The notes beneath the pieces are model-generated. The model was given only the letters and a program-made list of their open reading frames with translations. It was not told where the DNA came from and ran no database searches. Position numbers and translations under genes: made by a program. Positions 1 to 10,366 of a stretch of DNA of 64,000 bases are shown one piece after another (position 1 is the stretch's first letter; each line of letters begins with the position of its first letter). Where the stretch lies: positions 64,001 to 128,000 of the forward strand of contig JBGPIA010000006.1 of the NCBI GenBank assembly GCA_041484665.1. Reading direction: 5' to 3'. Source of the stretch: Candidatus Krumholzibacteriia bacterium. GTDB lineage: Bacteria > Krumholzibacteriota > Krumholzibacteriia > JAJRXK01.

Positions 1-7
1 GACGATC

Positions 8-2584
8 TTGACCTCCGCCCTGCTCTGCGCCGTGCTCTGCGCCCTGCTTGCCGTCTCCCTCTTCGGCTCGGTGGCCTCCGGCTTCGCCGGATTCGATCCG
101 TCCGGCGAGGGCTCGGGCTATCCCAGGGAATCCAACGGGCGTGTGACCTCACCGCCCACGATCCGCGCCCACGCTCTGCGCGGGGCCACCATCAAAGTGG
201 ACGGGCACCTGGACGACGAGGGATGGCGGGAGGCGGACGCCGGCAACGGGTTCCTGCAGGCCGACCCCAACCGCGGCGTGCCGCCGACCGAGGAGACGGT
301 CTTCAAGGTGGCCTACGACGACGACGCGATCTACTTCGGCGTCGCCTGCTACGAGCACGACCCCAGCAAGACCTCCAAGACCCTGTCGCGCCGCGATCAG
401 ATCCCCGACTCCGATCTGGTGAGCGTCTACATCGACCCGTACCACGATCGCACGACAGGCTACAACTTCCGCGTCAATCCACTCGGCGTGAAGATGGACC
501 AGTACGTCTACAACGACGGGGACATGGACACCGACTGGGATGCAGTGTGGGAGGCCCGTACCTCCTCCGACGCGGGTGGCTGGTACGTCGAGATGCGGAT
601 CCCGTTCTCGTCGATCCGATTCCGGGCGGCCCCCTCAATGACATGGGGTCTGGAGGTCTACCGGTGGATGCACGGCCGCGGCGAGGACACCGCGTGGGTG
701 ATCTGGGACCGCGAGCGGCGCGGTTTCGTGAGCCGCTTCGGCGAGTTGACGGGCCTGGAGGGGATTCCCGCACCGCGCCAGCTCGAGATCGTGCCCTACG
801 TGGTCGCGCGCGCGACGGATCCGTCCGCCAGCGGCAGCGCGGACCGGCTGCAGGACGCCGAGAACTTCGGGGCCGACCTCAAGTACGGCGTCACCTCCGA
901 CCTCACGCTCAACGCCACGTTCCAGCCCGACTTCGGACAGGTGGAGGCCGATCCGGCGGTGCTCAACCTGTCCCCGTTCGAGACCCAATTCGATGAGAAG
1001 CGGCCCTTCTTCATCGAGGGCAGTCGCTTCTTCCAGCACCCCAACTTCAACCTGTTCTACTCGCGCCGGGTCGGCACCGGCGATCCGAACGCGCGCATCC
1101 GCGCCGCAGGCAAGCTCACCGGCAAGACTAAGAGTGGTTTGTCCATCGCGGCGCTCGCGGCCGCGACCGACATCACGGGACAGGGGCAGGCCCACAATTT
1201 CCTCAAGGAGGGCCGGCTGGCGACACAGTATTACGTAGCGCGCGTCGGCCAGGAGTTTGGCGGAGGGCTGCACCGGATCAACCTGATGCAGACGGCGGTG
1301 CTCCGGCACTCCGACCGCGAGCTGGTGGGCGATGAGCTGTCGCGCAACGCGTACACCAGCGGCGTGGATTTCGAGCTGAACTTCCACGATCGCGACTATC
1401 AGGTCCAGGGCGCGGTGGTCGGTACGGTGCTGGATCCGGCGCGCTTGAACAGCCAGCCGTTGGCGCGCCACGACAAAATCTACGGGACGGGCGGCGCTCT
1501 GAACGTGCTCAAAAACGCCGGCAACCTCCGAGCGGGGCTCAACGGACGCTGGGAGGGCGCCCAGCTCGATCCCAACGACGCGGGCCTGCTGTTCGCGCCC
1601 GATGAGATCACTACCAACGACTTCGTGCACTTCCTGTACAACGGCGACGGCAAGGACGGCCCCTTCCTGCGCGGGGAAGCCAACGTCAATCTGTACCGCA
1701 GCTGGTTCTACGGATCGCGCAGCGCTCCCGACCCCGCCGACGCGAGCCGTCCGCTGTGGTCGTACCGGCGCGGTCACCTGCAAGGCGCCGGATTCAACGT
1801 CAACAGCTGGTGGCAGCGGCGCAACTACTGGGAGAACTGGTTCGGGGTCTGGATGGACTTCGAGTCCACCTCCCGCTACGAGACACGTGGCGGCCCCCTG
1901 TTCACGGTGCCGCGGCGCTATGGGTTCTGGGTGGGGACCCAGACCGACTGGCGCAAGCGACTATCGTTCAACACGGAGCTGAACTGGAACTGGAGTGTCC
2001 AGGGCCTGCGCGAGGGCAGCTACAACGTGCGCTGCCGCTGGACCCAGACCCATGCCCTCAGCCACGAGCTGCGCCTGGGCTTCAGTCACACCCATTCCGA
2101 CGCGCAGTGGGTGGCCAACTTCGAGAACTCCGCACTCGGGATCGGGGGCACGAGCTACGTGTTCGCAGAACTGGACTCGAAGGTGCTGGATCTGAGGCTG
2201 CGCACGAACCTGCTGTTCACACGCGACCAGTCGCTGGAGGTCTACCTCCAGCCGTTCCTGGCGGTGGGGAGCTATGGCGACGCGCGCGAGCTGGCCACGC
2301 CCGACTCCTACGACCTGCGCCCCTACCGCGCCGCTGGCTTCGAGGTCGCAAACTACGACTTCACCCAGGTCTCGGTGAATAGCAACGTGGTCTACAGGTG
2401 GGAGTACCGGCCGGGGAGCGCGCTGTTCCTGGTCTGGACCCACAGCCGCGGCACCAGTCAGGCGCGCAGCGACTTCGCGGCCCACCCCCAGGACTTCCAC
2501 AACGACCTGCAGCCCGGCGAGCTGTTCGCCAACGAGCCCGCGAACACCTTCCTGGCCAAGATCACCTGGTGGCTGCCGATCTAG
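8..2584 (+). CDS. DUF5916/CBM9-like domain outer-membrane protein
   Basis: Signal-like N-terminus; CBM9-like segment (IKVDGHLDDEGW, DTDWDAVW, GWYVEMRIPFSSIRF); DUF5916 motif ATFQPDFGQVEAD..LNLSPFETQFDEKRPFF; barrel-like C-terminus. Start may lie upstream of the window. Confidence 0.8.
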   Translation: MTSALLCAVLCALLAVSLFGSVASGFAGFDPSGEGSGYPRESNGRVTSPPTIRAHALRGATIKVDGHLDDEGWREADAGNGFLQADPNRGVPPTEETVFKVAYDDDAIYFGVACYEHDPSKTSKTLSRRDQIPDSDLVSVYIDPYHDRTTGYNFRVNPLGVKMDQYVYNDGDMDTDWDAVWEARTSSDAGGWYVEMRIPFSSIRFRAAPSMTWGLEVYRWMHGRGEDTAWVIWDRERRGFVSRFGELTGLEGIPAPRQLEIVPYVVARATDPSASGSADRLQDAENFGADLKYGVTSDLTLNATFQPDFGQVEADPAVLNLSPFETQFDEKRPFFIEGSRFFQHPNFNLFYSRRVGTGDPNARIRAAGKLTGKTKSGLSIAALAAATDITGQGQAHNFLKEGRLATQYYVARVGQEFGGGLHRINLMQTAVLRHSDRELVGDELSRNAYTSGVDFELNFHDRDYQVQGAVVGTVLDPARLNSQPLARHDKIYGTGGALNVLKNAGNLRAGLNGRWEGAQLDPNDAGLLFAPDEITTNDFVHFLYNGDGKDGPFLRGEANVNLYRSWFYGSRSAPDPADASRPLWSYRRGHLQGAGFNVNSWWQRRNYWENWFGVWMDFESTSRYETRGGPLFTVPRRYGFWVGTQTDWRKRLSFNTELNWNWSVQGLREGSYNVRCRWTQTHALSHELRLGFSHTHSDAQWVANFENSALGIGGTSYVFAELDSKVLDLRLRTNLLFTRDQSLEVYLQPFLAVGSYGDARELATPDSYDLRPYRAAGFEVANYDFTQVSVNSNVVYRWEYRPGSALFLVWTHSRGTSQARSDFAAHPQDFHNDLQPGELFANEPANTFLAKITWWLPI

Positions 2585-2748
2585 CCGATCGGCAACTGCT
2601 TCCCCGCTCTGCATTCCCCCGCCCGACTCTCCGGCCACCGCCCGCGAATTCGGCGGACGCGCGGGAACCTTTCCGTCCCCCGCGCGACGAACCCGTCATA
2701 CGAGCACCTTGCTCCACGACGTGCGACGGCTCGAACGAGGGGGATGCC

Positions 2749-3678
2749 ATGAGACGACGGAGAATCACCTGCCCAGCGCTCCCGGCGCTGGGAATGACGC
2801 TCGCGCTGGGGATGGTCACCTTGCTGTGGACGGCCACAGCGTTCGCCCAGGTCGAGGGCAGCCTGTCGGTCTACGGCGCCGCGAATGGCCGTGGCTATCT
2901 GCAGCCACTCAAGGAGGCCCTGGGCTCCGGGCTGGCCGCAGGGCTCTACAATACGGCCCGGGTCGAGAGCGGCCACTTCCGGGTGCGCCTGGAGGCGAAC
3001 GCCATGCTGATGTCCTTCGGCAGCAGCGACCGCACCTTCAATGCCCATACCGAGAGCTACTTCCCGTCGGACCAGACGGCGCAGGCACCGACGGTGGTCG
3101 GATCGACCCAGTCGACCAGCGTCACCGATCCGGGCACCGGCGCGGTGTTCACGTTCCCCGGCGGCCTCGACCTCAGTCGGCTCGCTCTGGCGGCCCCGCA
3201 GGTGGTGATCGGGGGCGTGAAGGGCACCGAGCTCATGGTGCGGTACCTGACCGTGCAGCTCGGCAAGAACAGCGATATCGGCGACCTGTCGCTGTTCGGC
3301 ATCGGGGCGCGCCATAGCTTGTCGCAGTACATGCACAGCCCGAAGATCGATGTGGCGGCTCTGGTCTTCTACCAATCGCTCAATCTGGGCACGGATTTCA
3401 TCGACAGCTCGCTGCTCTCGTTCGGGGTGCAGGCTGGGCGGCGCTTCCGCGTGCTGGAGCCCTACGTCGGCGTAGCGCTGAACTCCCAGAGTTTCGAGAT
3501 GCGCTACGACGCCCAGCAGGGCGGGTCGAGCACGCGCCAGGACATCAAGTACGACACCGATACGAGTCTCGGCGCGACCGTGGGAGCCGCGCTGCACCTG
3601 AAGGTCGTGCACCTCAACGGCCAGTTCGAGTTCGCCCACCAGACCACCTTTGCATTCGGCCTGAGCCTCGGGATGTAG
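2749..3678 (+). CDS. Secreted/outer-membrane beta-barrel protein (DUF6588-like)
   Basis: GAGGGG RBS before ATG 2749; signal peptide ending AFA; amphipathic beta-strands (SLFGIGARHSLSQY, EPYVGVA, TTFAFGLSLGM). Confidence 0.6.
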   Translation: MRRRRITCPALPALGMTLALGMVTLLWTATAFAQVEGSLSVYGAANGRGYLQPLKEALGSGLAAGLYNTARVESGHFRVRLEANAMLMSFGSSDRTFNAHTESYFPSDQTAQAPTVVGSTQSTSVTDPGTGAVFTFPGGLDLSRLALAAPQVVIGGVKGTELMVRYLTVQLGKNSDIGDLSLFGIGARHSLSQYMHSPKIDVAALVFYQSLNLGTDFIDSSLLSFGVQAGRRFRVLEPYVGVALNSQSFEMRYDAQQGGSSTRQDIKYDTDTSLGATVGAALHLKVVHLNGQFEFAHQTTFAFGLSLGM

Positions 3679-3690
3679 GAGGAGATCATC

Positions 3691-4308
3691 ATGCGCAGGA
3701 AGAGCTTCTCGATCTTGCTGGTCCTTTGCGCCAGCATCGTGCTCAAGGGAGATGGGTGCCTGGTGAAGCAGAAGGACGTCAGCATGGTGCTGGCGGGCAA
3801 GATCCCGGCACAGTGGGACAGCCAGGGGTACACGCAGGCGACCTTCGTCAAGACTGATGTCGTCTCGGCGGGCACGGACGTCCTGAACGCCCTGAACGCT
3901 GACAATCTGGCCGGCGTGTACAAGAGCATCAAGGTCGTGGGTGCGGTCTACGAGGTGCTCAAGAGCACCGGGCACGACGCGCGCCGCGCCGGAACGGTGA
4001 CCGTCAACGGCAATCTGCTGCTGACCTTCGACGTGCCCCACAACACGCAGGGGATCAAGGGGAACGCCGGGGATCCTACGCTGACCCTCGGAACTCCCGG
4101 GCTCAACTTCATCAACGGGCGATTGCAGCAGTTCCTGGACAGCTACAACGTGGGGGCGCCCAATACGGCGCTGCTGGACTTCACGTATACGGCGAACTGG
4201 ACGTCCACGCCGGCGCCGAGCGCCTCCGACCCGGATGCCTTCACCTGGACGACCGACCTGGTGATCCAGGTGGAGAAGACGGCCAAGGTCGACGTCCCCA
4301 ACATCTGA
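3691..4308 (+). CDS. Hypothetical lipoprotein
   Basis: AGGAGG RBS; basic N-terminus, hydrophobic stretch, then Cys (LKGDGC); beta-rich mature part; directly follows the barrel gene. Confidence 0.65.
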   Translation: MRRKSFSILLVLCASIVLKGDGCLVKQKDVSMVLAGKIPAQWDSQGYTQATFVKTDVVSAGTDVLNALNADNLAGVYKSIKVVGAVYEVLKSTGHDARRAGTVTVNGNLLLTFDVPHNTQGIKGNAGDPTLTLGTPGLNFINGRLQQFLDSYNVGAPNTALLDFTYTANWTSTPAPSASDPDAFTWTTDLVIQVEKTAKVDVPNI

Positions 4309-4490
4309 GCGCGGGCCCGCGCCGGTGGGTCAGCGCGAGACTCCGGCGCGAGTCCATCGGCGCGGGCAGCCACTCCGGGAAGCGAGCGGTTGTGAGGGCC
4401 CCCCGGCGCGCGCGGCATCCCCGATCCGAGCCGAACCAGCGCGTGCCCGGGGGGCCAGATCCTGCAGCTGCACAGGGCCCGGTCGAGCCG

Positions 4491-5363
4491 CTACTGCTTC
4501 GGGGGACCGGGAGCAGCGGCTGGCTGCAGCAGGGCCCGGACCTCAGGCGGCGGGTCGAAGCAGCCGGCGGGCAGGTCCAGATTGTGCTGGATGCTCTGCA
4601 GCACGATGCGGATCTTCTGGACGAGGAGCGTCTGCGTGTTGGCGTGCGGCAGGAGCAGGCCGTCGACCGGACGATAGTCCTCGTAGGCCGTCTCCACGGG
4701 CACATCCCCCATCATCGTCTCGACGATCGTCGACGACTTCACGAGCAGGTGGCTCTGCAGGTCGAACCACCAGGACTCCGGCCTTCCGTCTTGCGGCGTC
4801 AGAACGACCTTGTAGCAGGGCCGCCCGTCGAGGCTGTCGATTCCGGCGGTGACGGCATCCTTGTAGAGCTGGCGCCAGTGCAGCTCGCGGTTGAAGGTGG
4901 CCTCGCGGAGCGCTGCGGCGCGCTCCTCCCCCTCCAGCAGCCGCGCTCCCTGGATCGAGTCCGCCTCCCATGCCAGCCCATCGCCCGTGCCAGCCTCGAT
5001 CTTGCCGATCCCCTCGGCGTCCATCACGAGACGATTGCGGTAGGGTGCCTCGGCGTACTCAGTGACGGTTCCCTTCACGCCGAGCCCGACGAGCTCCATC
5101 GTGCCTGTCGCCACGCGGTTGAAGACATTCTCGTAGGCGGCGCGGCCGCCGGAGGCGGTCACGTACGCGTCGACGATGGTCGCAGGGTCGGGCAGGTCGC
5201 GGGGCGCGGGCCCGGGAACCGGGGCGGGAGCCGGCGTGGGTGTCGACGCGGGCGCCGGCGCGGGGGTCGGCGGTGCGCCAGTGGCCGCCAGCACCGCGTG
5301 CGGGGCGACCGCGGTGGTCCACGCCCACACAGCGAGCACGAGCATCCAGCGGGGCAGGCGCAC
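4491..5363 (-). CDS. Exported LolA-like/outer-membrane lipoprotein-sorting-type protein
   Basis: Signal peptide, Pro-rich linker, IVDAYVTASGG, CYKVVLTP, YEDYRPVDGLLLPH, C-terminal FDPP. Confidence 0.65.
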   Translation of the reverse strand: MRLPRWMLVLAVWAWTTAVAPHAVLAATGAPPTPAPAPASTPTPAPAPVPGPAPRDLPDPATIVDAYVTASGGRAAYENVFNRVATGTMELVGLGVKGTVTEYAEAPYRNRLVMDAEGIGKIEAGTGDGLAWEADSIQGARLLEGEERAAALREATFNRELHWRQLYKDAVTAGIDSLDGRPCYKVVLTPQDGRPESWWFDLQSHLLVKSSTIVETMMGDVPVETAYEDYRPVDGLLLPHANTQTLLVQKIRIVLQSIQHNLDLPAGCFDPPPEVRALLQPAAAPGPPKQ

Positions 5364-5450
5364 GGGCGAGCTCCTTCGTTGCGACCCGGTGGCGCACAGT
5401 CTACGTCAGCCCCGGGCGGCAGCAACACGGCGGTGGGTGCAACGCGATCG

Positions 5451-7013
5451 TCAGTGCGCGCCACCTGCCCGGGGAGCCGGCGAGCCCGCCTCGGGAGAGC
5501 TCTGCTCGATCCACCGCTCGGCCGCCCTCAGGATCGGATCGCCCTCCTGCAGCAGGCGCTCCGCGCTGAGCTCCACCGGCTCGTCGGGGATCACACCCCG
5601 TCCCTCCAGCGTGGTGCCTCTCGCGGTGACATAGCTGGCGAACGCGTACTGCAGCCCATCGCCGTTGGGCAGCTCGACCAGATACGACGGCAGTGCCATA
5701 CCCGCCGTGCGCTGCCCGAAGACCCGCGCGCGGCCGAGGTCCTGCAGACCCGCCGCGAGGATCTCGGCCGTGGAGGCCGACAGTCCGTCCACCAGCACCG
5801 CAAGCGGTCCCGTGTAGACAGGAGAACGTGGAAGGACCACGAAGCGGAGCTTGGTCTCGCGCGTGATCATCGTGCCCAGATAGCGGTCCTTCTCGCCGAT
5901 GAACCAACCCGCGATGCCCATGGCCATCGCACCGATGCCGCCGGGGTTGCCGCGCAGATCCAGGATGACACCATCGGTTGGCGCGAACGACCGGACTGCG
6001 TTGCCGAATTGCTCCATGACGCGCGCCGGGTCGAGGAACGCATTGAATGCGATGTAACCGATCGTGCCCGGACGGCCGCCGGGCGTCGGCAGACGCCGCG
6101 TGTCCACCCACACCCAGGTGGGTGGCAAGTTGCCGAAGACAACGAGCGCTCCGCGTGGCGGGCCCAACGAAAGCTCCTGGACCAGCTCCTTGCCCTCACC
6201 GTTGCGCAGCGTGACCGGGACCGTCCCGCCTTCCGGCCCCTGCAGACGCGTCTGCAGCGCGCGGACGAGCAGGAACTCCGTGGCGGGATCGGCACCCGGC
6301 GCGGTACGCACCCGCTCGATGAACGCGGCAACGTCCTTTCCGCGCAGGGTCACGACCTCCCAGCCAGGGCGCACACCGAGCCGCTCGGCTCCCGAGCCGG
6401 CTACCACCGCCGTGACGAGGGCGCGTCCCTGGACCACGCGCAGCTCCAGTCCGGGCGTCCCGTCACCGGTCGGTGGGGCGTGCAGGTCGGGCTCGACCCC
6501 GGGCACCTGCAGGTCTGCCACTGCGTCCGCCGGCAGGATCGCGAAGTGCGACTGCTTCAATCGCCCGATCAAGTCGCCCAGCAGCGCGCGCGCCTGCGCC
6601 ATGGTCGACGCCTGCTCGATGCGCGGCCGGAGCTCGGTGCGCGCCGCCTCCCAATCCAGGCCGCCCAAGGTCGGATCCCAGTGCGAGTCGCGGATCGTCG
6701 TCCAGACCCGATCGAACGAGGCGACGTTGGCGGCGCGTTGTTCCACAGAGAGCGCCGGCGCCGCACCAGCGTTGGCAGGCGTTGCGGCCGCCGACGGGGC
6801 CGCACCAGCTCTGGCAGGCGTTGCGGGCGCTGCCGGGGCGGGTCCAGAGTTGGCAGACGTTGCGGCCGCCGGCGGCAGTGCCATCGCCCCGCTGCGCTGC
6901 GCGCAAGCGCAGCCTGCGCCGATGGCCGCGACCATCAGCAGGGTGCAGGCTGCACGCCCGGCGCTCGGTGCGCGCGCCGCATCGAACGCGCGCGGCGCGC
7001 CCGAGCGGCTCAC
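5451..7013 (-). CDS. S41 family peptidase with PDZ domain, probable lipoprotein
   Basis: GYIAFNAF, ILDLRGNPGG, LVDGLSASTAE (catalytic Ser), LEGRGVIPD. GTG start at 7013 overlaps the TGA of the upstream regulator (GTGA). Confidence 0.85.
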   Translation of the reverse strand: MSRSGAPRAFDAARAPSAGRAACTLLMVAAIGAGCACAQRSGAMALPPAAATSANSGPAPAAPATPARAGAAPSAAATPANAGAAPALSVEQRAANVASFDRVWTTIRDSHWDPTLGGLDWEAARTELRPRIEQASTMAQARALLGDLIGRLKQSHFAILPADAVADLQVPGVEPDLHAPPTGDGTPGLELRVVQGRALVTAVVAGSGAERLGVRPGWEVVTLRGKDVAAFIERVRTAPGADPATEFLLVRALQTRLQGPEGGTVPVTLRNGEGKELVQELSLGPPRGALVVFGNLPPTWVWVDTRRLPTPGGRPGTIGYIAFNAFLDPARVMEQFGNAVRSFAPTDGVILDLRGNPGGIGAMAMGIAGWFIGEKDRYLGTMITRETKLRFVVLPRSPVYTGPLAVLVDGLSASTAEILAAGLQDLGRARVFGQRTAGMALPSYLVELPNGDGLQYAFASYVTARGTTLEGRGVIPDEPVELSAERLLQEGDPILRAAERWIEQSSPEAGSPAPRAGGAH

Positions 7014-8539
7014 GGCTGCTCCTGCGGGCCGGCCTCGCGCGCGGCAGCGGGTAGCTCTGCTTCGGGGCCACCCTTGCCGGATTTCAGGCCGTACTTCTCG
7101 AGTCGGTAGAGCAGCGTATTGCGCGTGATGCCCAGGTAGCGCGCGGTGCGCGACTGGTTGCCCCCGCACTTATCCAGCGCCCGGCGGATCAGCTCCTTCT
7201 CCAGCTGCTCGAGGTCCACGCCCTCCTCGGGCAACTCGCCGAGCAGGCCCGGCGCCTGCGGCTGTGGGCGACGGATGCGCTCGGGGAGGTCGGCCAGCTC
7301 GATGGGTCCCTCCGGGTGCAGCACCAGCGCGCGCTCGAGGACGTTCTGCAGCTCGCGCACATTGCCCGGCCAGCGGTAGCGCGCGAGCGCCTCCTGTGCG
7401 GCGTCGGAGACCGTCACGACGCGATGCGGCGCGCGGCCCTTGCCCGCGCGCGCGAAGCCCTCGAGGAAATGCCGGATGAGCAGCGGGAGGTCGTCGCGTC
7501 GATCGCGCAGCGGCGGCAGGTGCAGCGGCACCACCGCGATGCGGTAATAGAGGTCAACGCGGAACTCACCATCGGCCACCATCGCCTCCAGATCGCGGTT
7601 GGTGGCAGCGATCACCCGCACGTCGACCCCGACTGCCGACGTGCCGCCCACGCGCTCGATCTCCCCCTCCTGCAACGCGCGCAGCAGCTTGACCTGCAGA
7701 TCCAAGCGCAGCTCGCCGATCTCGTCGAGGAAGAGCGTTCCGCCGTGGGCCAGCTCGAAGCGGCCCTTGCGGTCGCCCACGGCTCCGGTGAACGCGCCTT
7801 TCACGTGGCCGAAGAGCTCGCTGTCGATCAGACCCTCGGGCAGCCCGCCGACGTTCACGGCGACGAACGGCCCATCCGCGCGGGAGCTGGCCAGGTGGAT
7901 CCCGCGCGCGAGTAGCTCCTTGCCCGTGCCGCTCTCTCCGAGGATCAGCACCGTGGTCTGGCGCGGCGCGACCTGCGCGGCGGTCTCGATCACGCTGCGC
8001 AACGCCTCGCTGGCGCCGATCAGCGTCTCGAAACGCGCGGTCGCGGCGGCCACCTCGCGCAGGCGCTCGTTCTCGCGCAGCAGGCGGCTGTAGCGCAGCC
8101 CCTTCTGCACGGTGAGCAGGAGCGCCTGGTGGTCGAACGGCTTGACCAGGTAATCGTGGGCGCCCAGCCGCATCGCCTCCACGGCGTCCTCGACGCTGCC
8201 GTGGGCTGTGATCACGACCACTCCCAGCTGCGGCCAGCGCGCCTTGACGCGCTGCAGGAGCTGCAGGCCGCTCATGCCGGGCATCCGGACATCGGTCACG
8301 ATCAGATCGGGAGGGCCGCCGGCCGAGACGGGCCCCGGAACGGGACCGATCGTGGGCGGTCGGTCGACGTCGGGGCGGGCCGCAGGGGGGAGGTCGCCCG
8401 CCTCCAGCAGCGCCAGCGCCTCATCGCCCGTTGCCGCGGCGCGCACGGCGTAGCCCGCCTTCTCCAGGTGGTAGCTCGTCACCCGGCGCAGGCTCTCGTC
8501 GTCGTCGACGATGAGGATCTCAGCTGGGCGCTCGGCCAT
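7010..8539 (-). CDS. Sigma-54-dependent response regulator (NtrC/AtoC/ZraR family)
   Basis: REC ([16 protein letters not shown]); AAA+ [37 protein letters not shown]; Fis-type HTH. Confidence 0.95.
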   Translation of the reverse strand: MAERPAEILIVDDDESLRRVTSYHLEKAGYAVRAAATGDEALALLEAGDLPPAARPDVDRPPTIGPVPGPVSAGGPPDLIVTDVRMPGMSGLQLLQRVKARWPQLGVVVITAHGSVEDAVEAMRLGAHDYLVKPFDHQALLLTVQKGLRYSRLLRENERLREVAAATARFETLIGASEALRSVIETAAQVAPRQTTVLILGESGTGKELLARGIHLASSRADGPFVAVNVGGLPEGLIDSELFGHVKGAFTGAVGDRKGRFELAHGGTLFLDEIGELRLDLQVKLLRALQEGEIERVGGTSAVGVDVRVIAATNRDLEAMVADGEFRVDLYYRIAVVPLHLPPLRDRRDDLPLLIRHFLEGFARAGKGRAPHRVVTVSDAAQEALARYRWPGNVRELQNVLERALVLHPEGPIELADLPERIRRPQPQAPGLLGELPEEGVDLEQLEKELIRRALDKCGGNQSRTARYLGITRNTLLYRLEKYGLKSGKGGPEAELPAAAREAGPQEQP

Positions 8540-9803
8540 GGGCCGCCCCTCCGTCCGCCGCCGTGCCTGCCGTAGGGCTGGTGGTCGCACTGGCAGCGGG
8601 ATCGGCCGTGGCGTCGGCCGCGGGGTTGGCCGTGGCGTTAGCCGTGGGGTTGGCCGTGGCGTCGGCCGCAGCGTCGGCAGACGCATCCGCCGTGGCGCGT
8701 TGCGGCAGGCGCACGACGAAGCAGGTCCCGCTGTCGTCGTCTTGGTCCTCGACCTCGACGCTGCCGCCGTGCCGGCGCACCCACTGGTACACGACCGCCA
8801 GCCCCAGCCCCGTGCCGCCCGTCTTCGTGGTGAAGAAGGGCTCGAACAAGTGCTCGCGCGCCTCCGGCGACAGCCCCGGTCCGCGGTCGCACACGCGCAG
8901 CACCACCGATGTCTCGTCGTGGGAGGTGGAGAGTGCCAGCTCGCCGCCGTCGCCGCTGGCCTGGATTCCGTTAAGCGCGAGGTTGAGGATCACCTGGGTC
9001 ATACGGTTGGAGTCCATTGAGGCAAGGGGCAGCTGCTCGTCGAGCGCAAGGCGTAGCGCCACGCCGCGGCGCCGCGCCTCCTGCTCCACCAGGCGTGCGA
9101 CGTTGCGCGCCAGATCGTTGAGCGAATCGAGCGCCCAGCGCGGCGGCGAGGGGCGGGCGTACTCGAGGATCTGCGTGGTGAGCTCCTCCAGGCGCTGGAT
9201 CTCGCGGCGCGCGATGACCGCGAATTCGCGGCGTGCATCGTCGGGCGGGACGGCCTCCAGCAGGATGGGGAGGCTGCCCTGCAGGCTCGCCAGCGGATTG
9301 CGGATCTCGTGGGCAAGGGCGGCAGAGAGCTGTCCCATCGCGGCGAGGCGCTCGGCCTCCTTGGTGCGCTCGAAACTCGCTGCGAGCTGCTCGTAGGCGC
9401 GGCGGGTCTCCTCGCGCCGCCGGCGCTGCCCCTCGGCCAGCACGCCGGTGACCACCCCGATCACGTTGAACATCACCATCTCGAGATACTGGTTGGGGCG
9501 CGCGCCGTGCGCGGTGTGCCCCCACTGGAACAGGACGTGGGGCAGGTAGAGCAGCGTCGCGGCCAGCCCTGTGCCGACGGCGCCCCGTAGTCCGAAAGCG
9601 AATGCGCCCATCACGATCGGGACGTAATAGAGGCGATCCCAGATGTCGTGGAACTTGTAGAAACGCAGGTCGAGCGGCGTGAGGTAGTGGAGGAGGCTGA
9701 CGACGAGCAGGCACAGCGTGAGGCCCGCGAGCCAGCGCCCCGTGCTCCGTACGGTCGGGACGGCGGACGAACGCTGGGCGGAGGGAACGGTGGACGGGCC
9801 CAT
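8520..9803 (-). CDS. Membrane sensor histidine kinase
   Basis: About 4 TM helices; H-box LAHEIRNPL; N-box [33 protein letters not shown]; Ala/Asp/Thr repeat tail. Confidence 0.95.
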   Translation of the reverse strand: MGPSTVPSAQRSSAVPTVRSTGRWLAGLTLCLLVVSLLHYLTPLDLRFYKFHDIWDRLYYVPIVMGAFAFGLRGAVGTGLAATLLYLPHVLFQWGHTAHGARPNQYLEMVMFNVIGVVTGVLAEGQRRRREETRRAYEQLAASFERTKEAERLAAMGQLSAALAHEIRNPLASLQGSLPILLEAVPPDDARREFAVIARREIQRLEELTTQILEYARPSPPRWALDSLNDLARNVARLVEQEARRRGVALRLALDEQLPLASMDSNRMTQVILNLALNGIQASGDGGELALSTSHDETSVVLRVCDRGPGLSPEAREHLFEPFFTTKTGGTGLGLAVVYQWVRRHGGSVEVEDQDDDSGTCFVVRLPQRATADASADAAADATANPTANATANPAADATADPAASATTSPTAGTAADGGAAHGRAPS

Positions 9804-9868
9804 GCCTGGAGCGTAGGCGCGCCCCCGCCGTCCGGCAAGCCCACGGGACGGGACACCAGCGTGGTGCT

Positions 9869-10366
9869 ATGATCGGCGACGTGTTCCCAGGGATGGCTGG
9901 CGACCCGCGACGTCCCGTGACGGCGCATGCCTTCGGCTGCGGCCGGGGCGCCGCGAGGCGCCCATTTCTCGTGGGCGCCTACGGTCTCGTGCTCGCTGCG
10001 TGCGGGTTTGCTGCGTGCTCGCTCGCTGCGTGTTGGTTTGCTGCCTGCTCGCGCTCCGCGCCCACGCCTCTGCCAGCCGCCCAGCCCCGCCCCGGCCGCG
10101 GCCACTACGAGATGATGAAGTGCGCGCTCTGCCACGGCCCGGCCCTCTCGGGGACCGTGAAGGGTCCCCCGCTGCATGACCTGGCCCGGCATTGGGATGC
10201 TGCGGGGTTGGCGGCGTTTTTAGCGGCGCCCGATTCCTTCGTCGCGCGGGATGCCCGCCTGCAGGACCTGGCACAGCACTTCGCACCGAGCTCCATGCCC
10301 GGCTATCCCATCGCTGCGCAGCCGCTGCACGAGCTGGCTGGCTATCTGATCGAGGCCACCAAGTGA
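9869..10366 (+). CDS. Monoheme cytochrome c lipoprotein
   Basis: CALCH heme motif, GPPL, distal Met (SSMP), lipobox FAAC. The true start is probably slightly downstream. Confidence 0.8.
   Translation: MIGDVFPGMAGDPRRPVTAHAFGCGRGAARRPFLVGAYGLVLAACGFAACSLAACWFAACSRSAPTPLPAAQPRPGRGHYEMMKCALCHGPALSGTVKGPPLHDLARHWDAAGLAAFLAAPDSFVARDARLQDLAQHFAPSSMPGYPIAAQPLHELAGYLIEATK

Noticed and set aside
2664..2690. ECF-like promoter GGAAC-N16-CGAC
   Set aside because: The -10 match is too weak to support without TSS data.
4392..7109. 905-aa + strand ORF and other long antisense ORFs (e.g. 25502..27403, 27668..29449, 50245..51930, 60768..62306)
   Set aside because: Shadows of real genes on the opposite strand in high-GC DNA; Arg/Gly-rich and without domains.
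8540..8686. RPTP-repeat N-terminal extension of the NtrC ORF
   Set aside because: Alternate-frame reading of the kinase's repeat tail; ATG 8539 has a GGAGG RBS.
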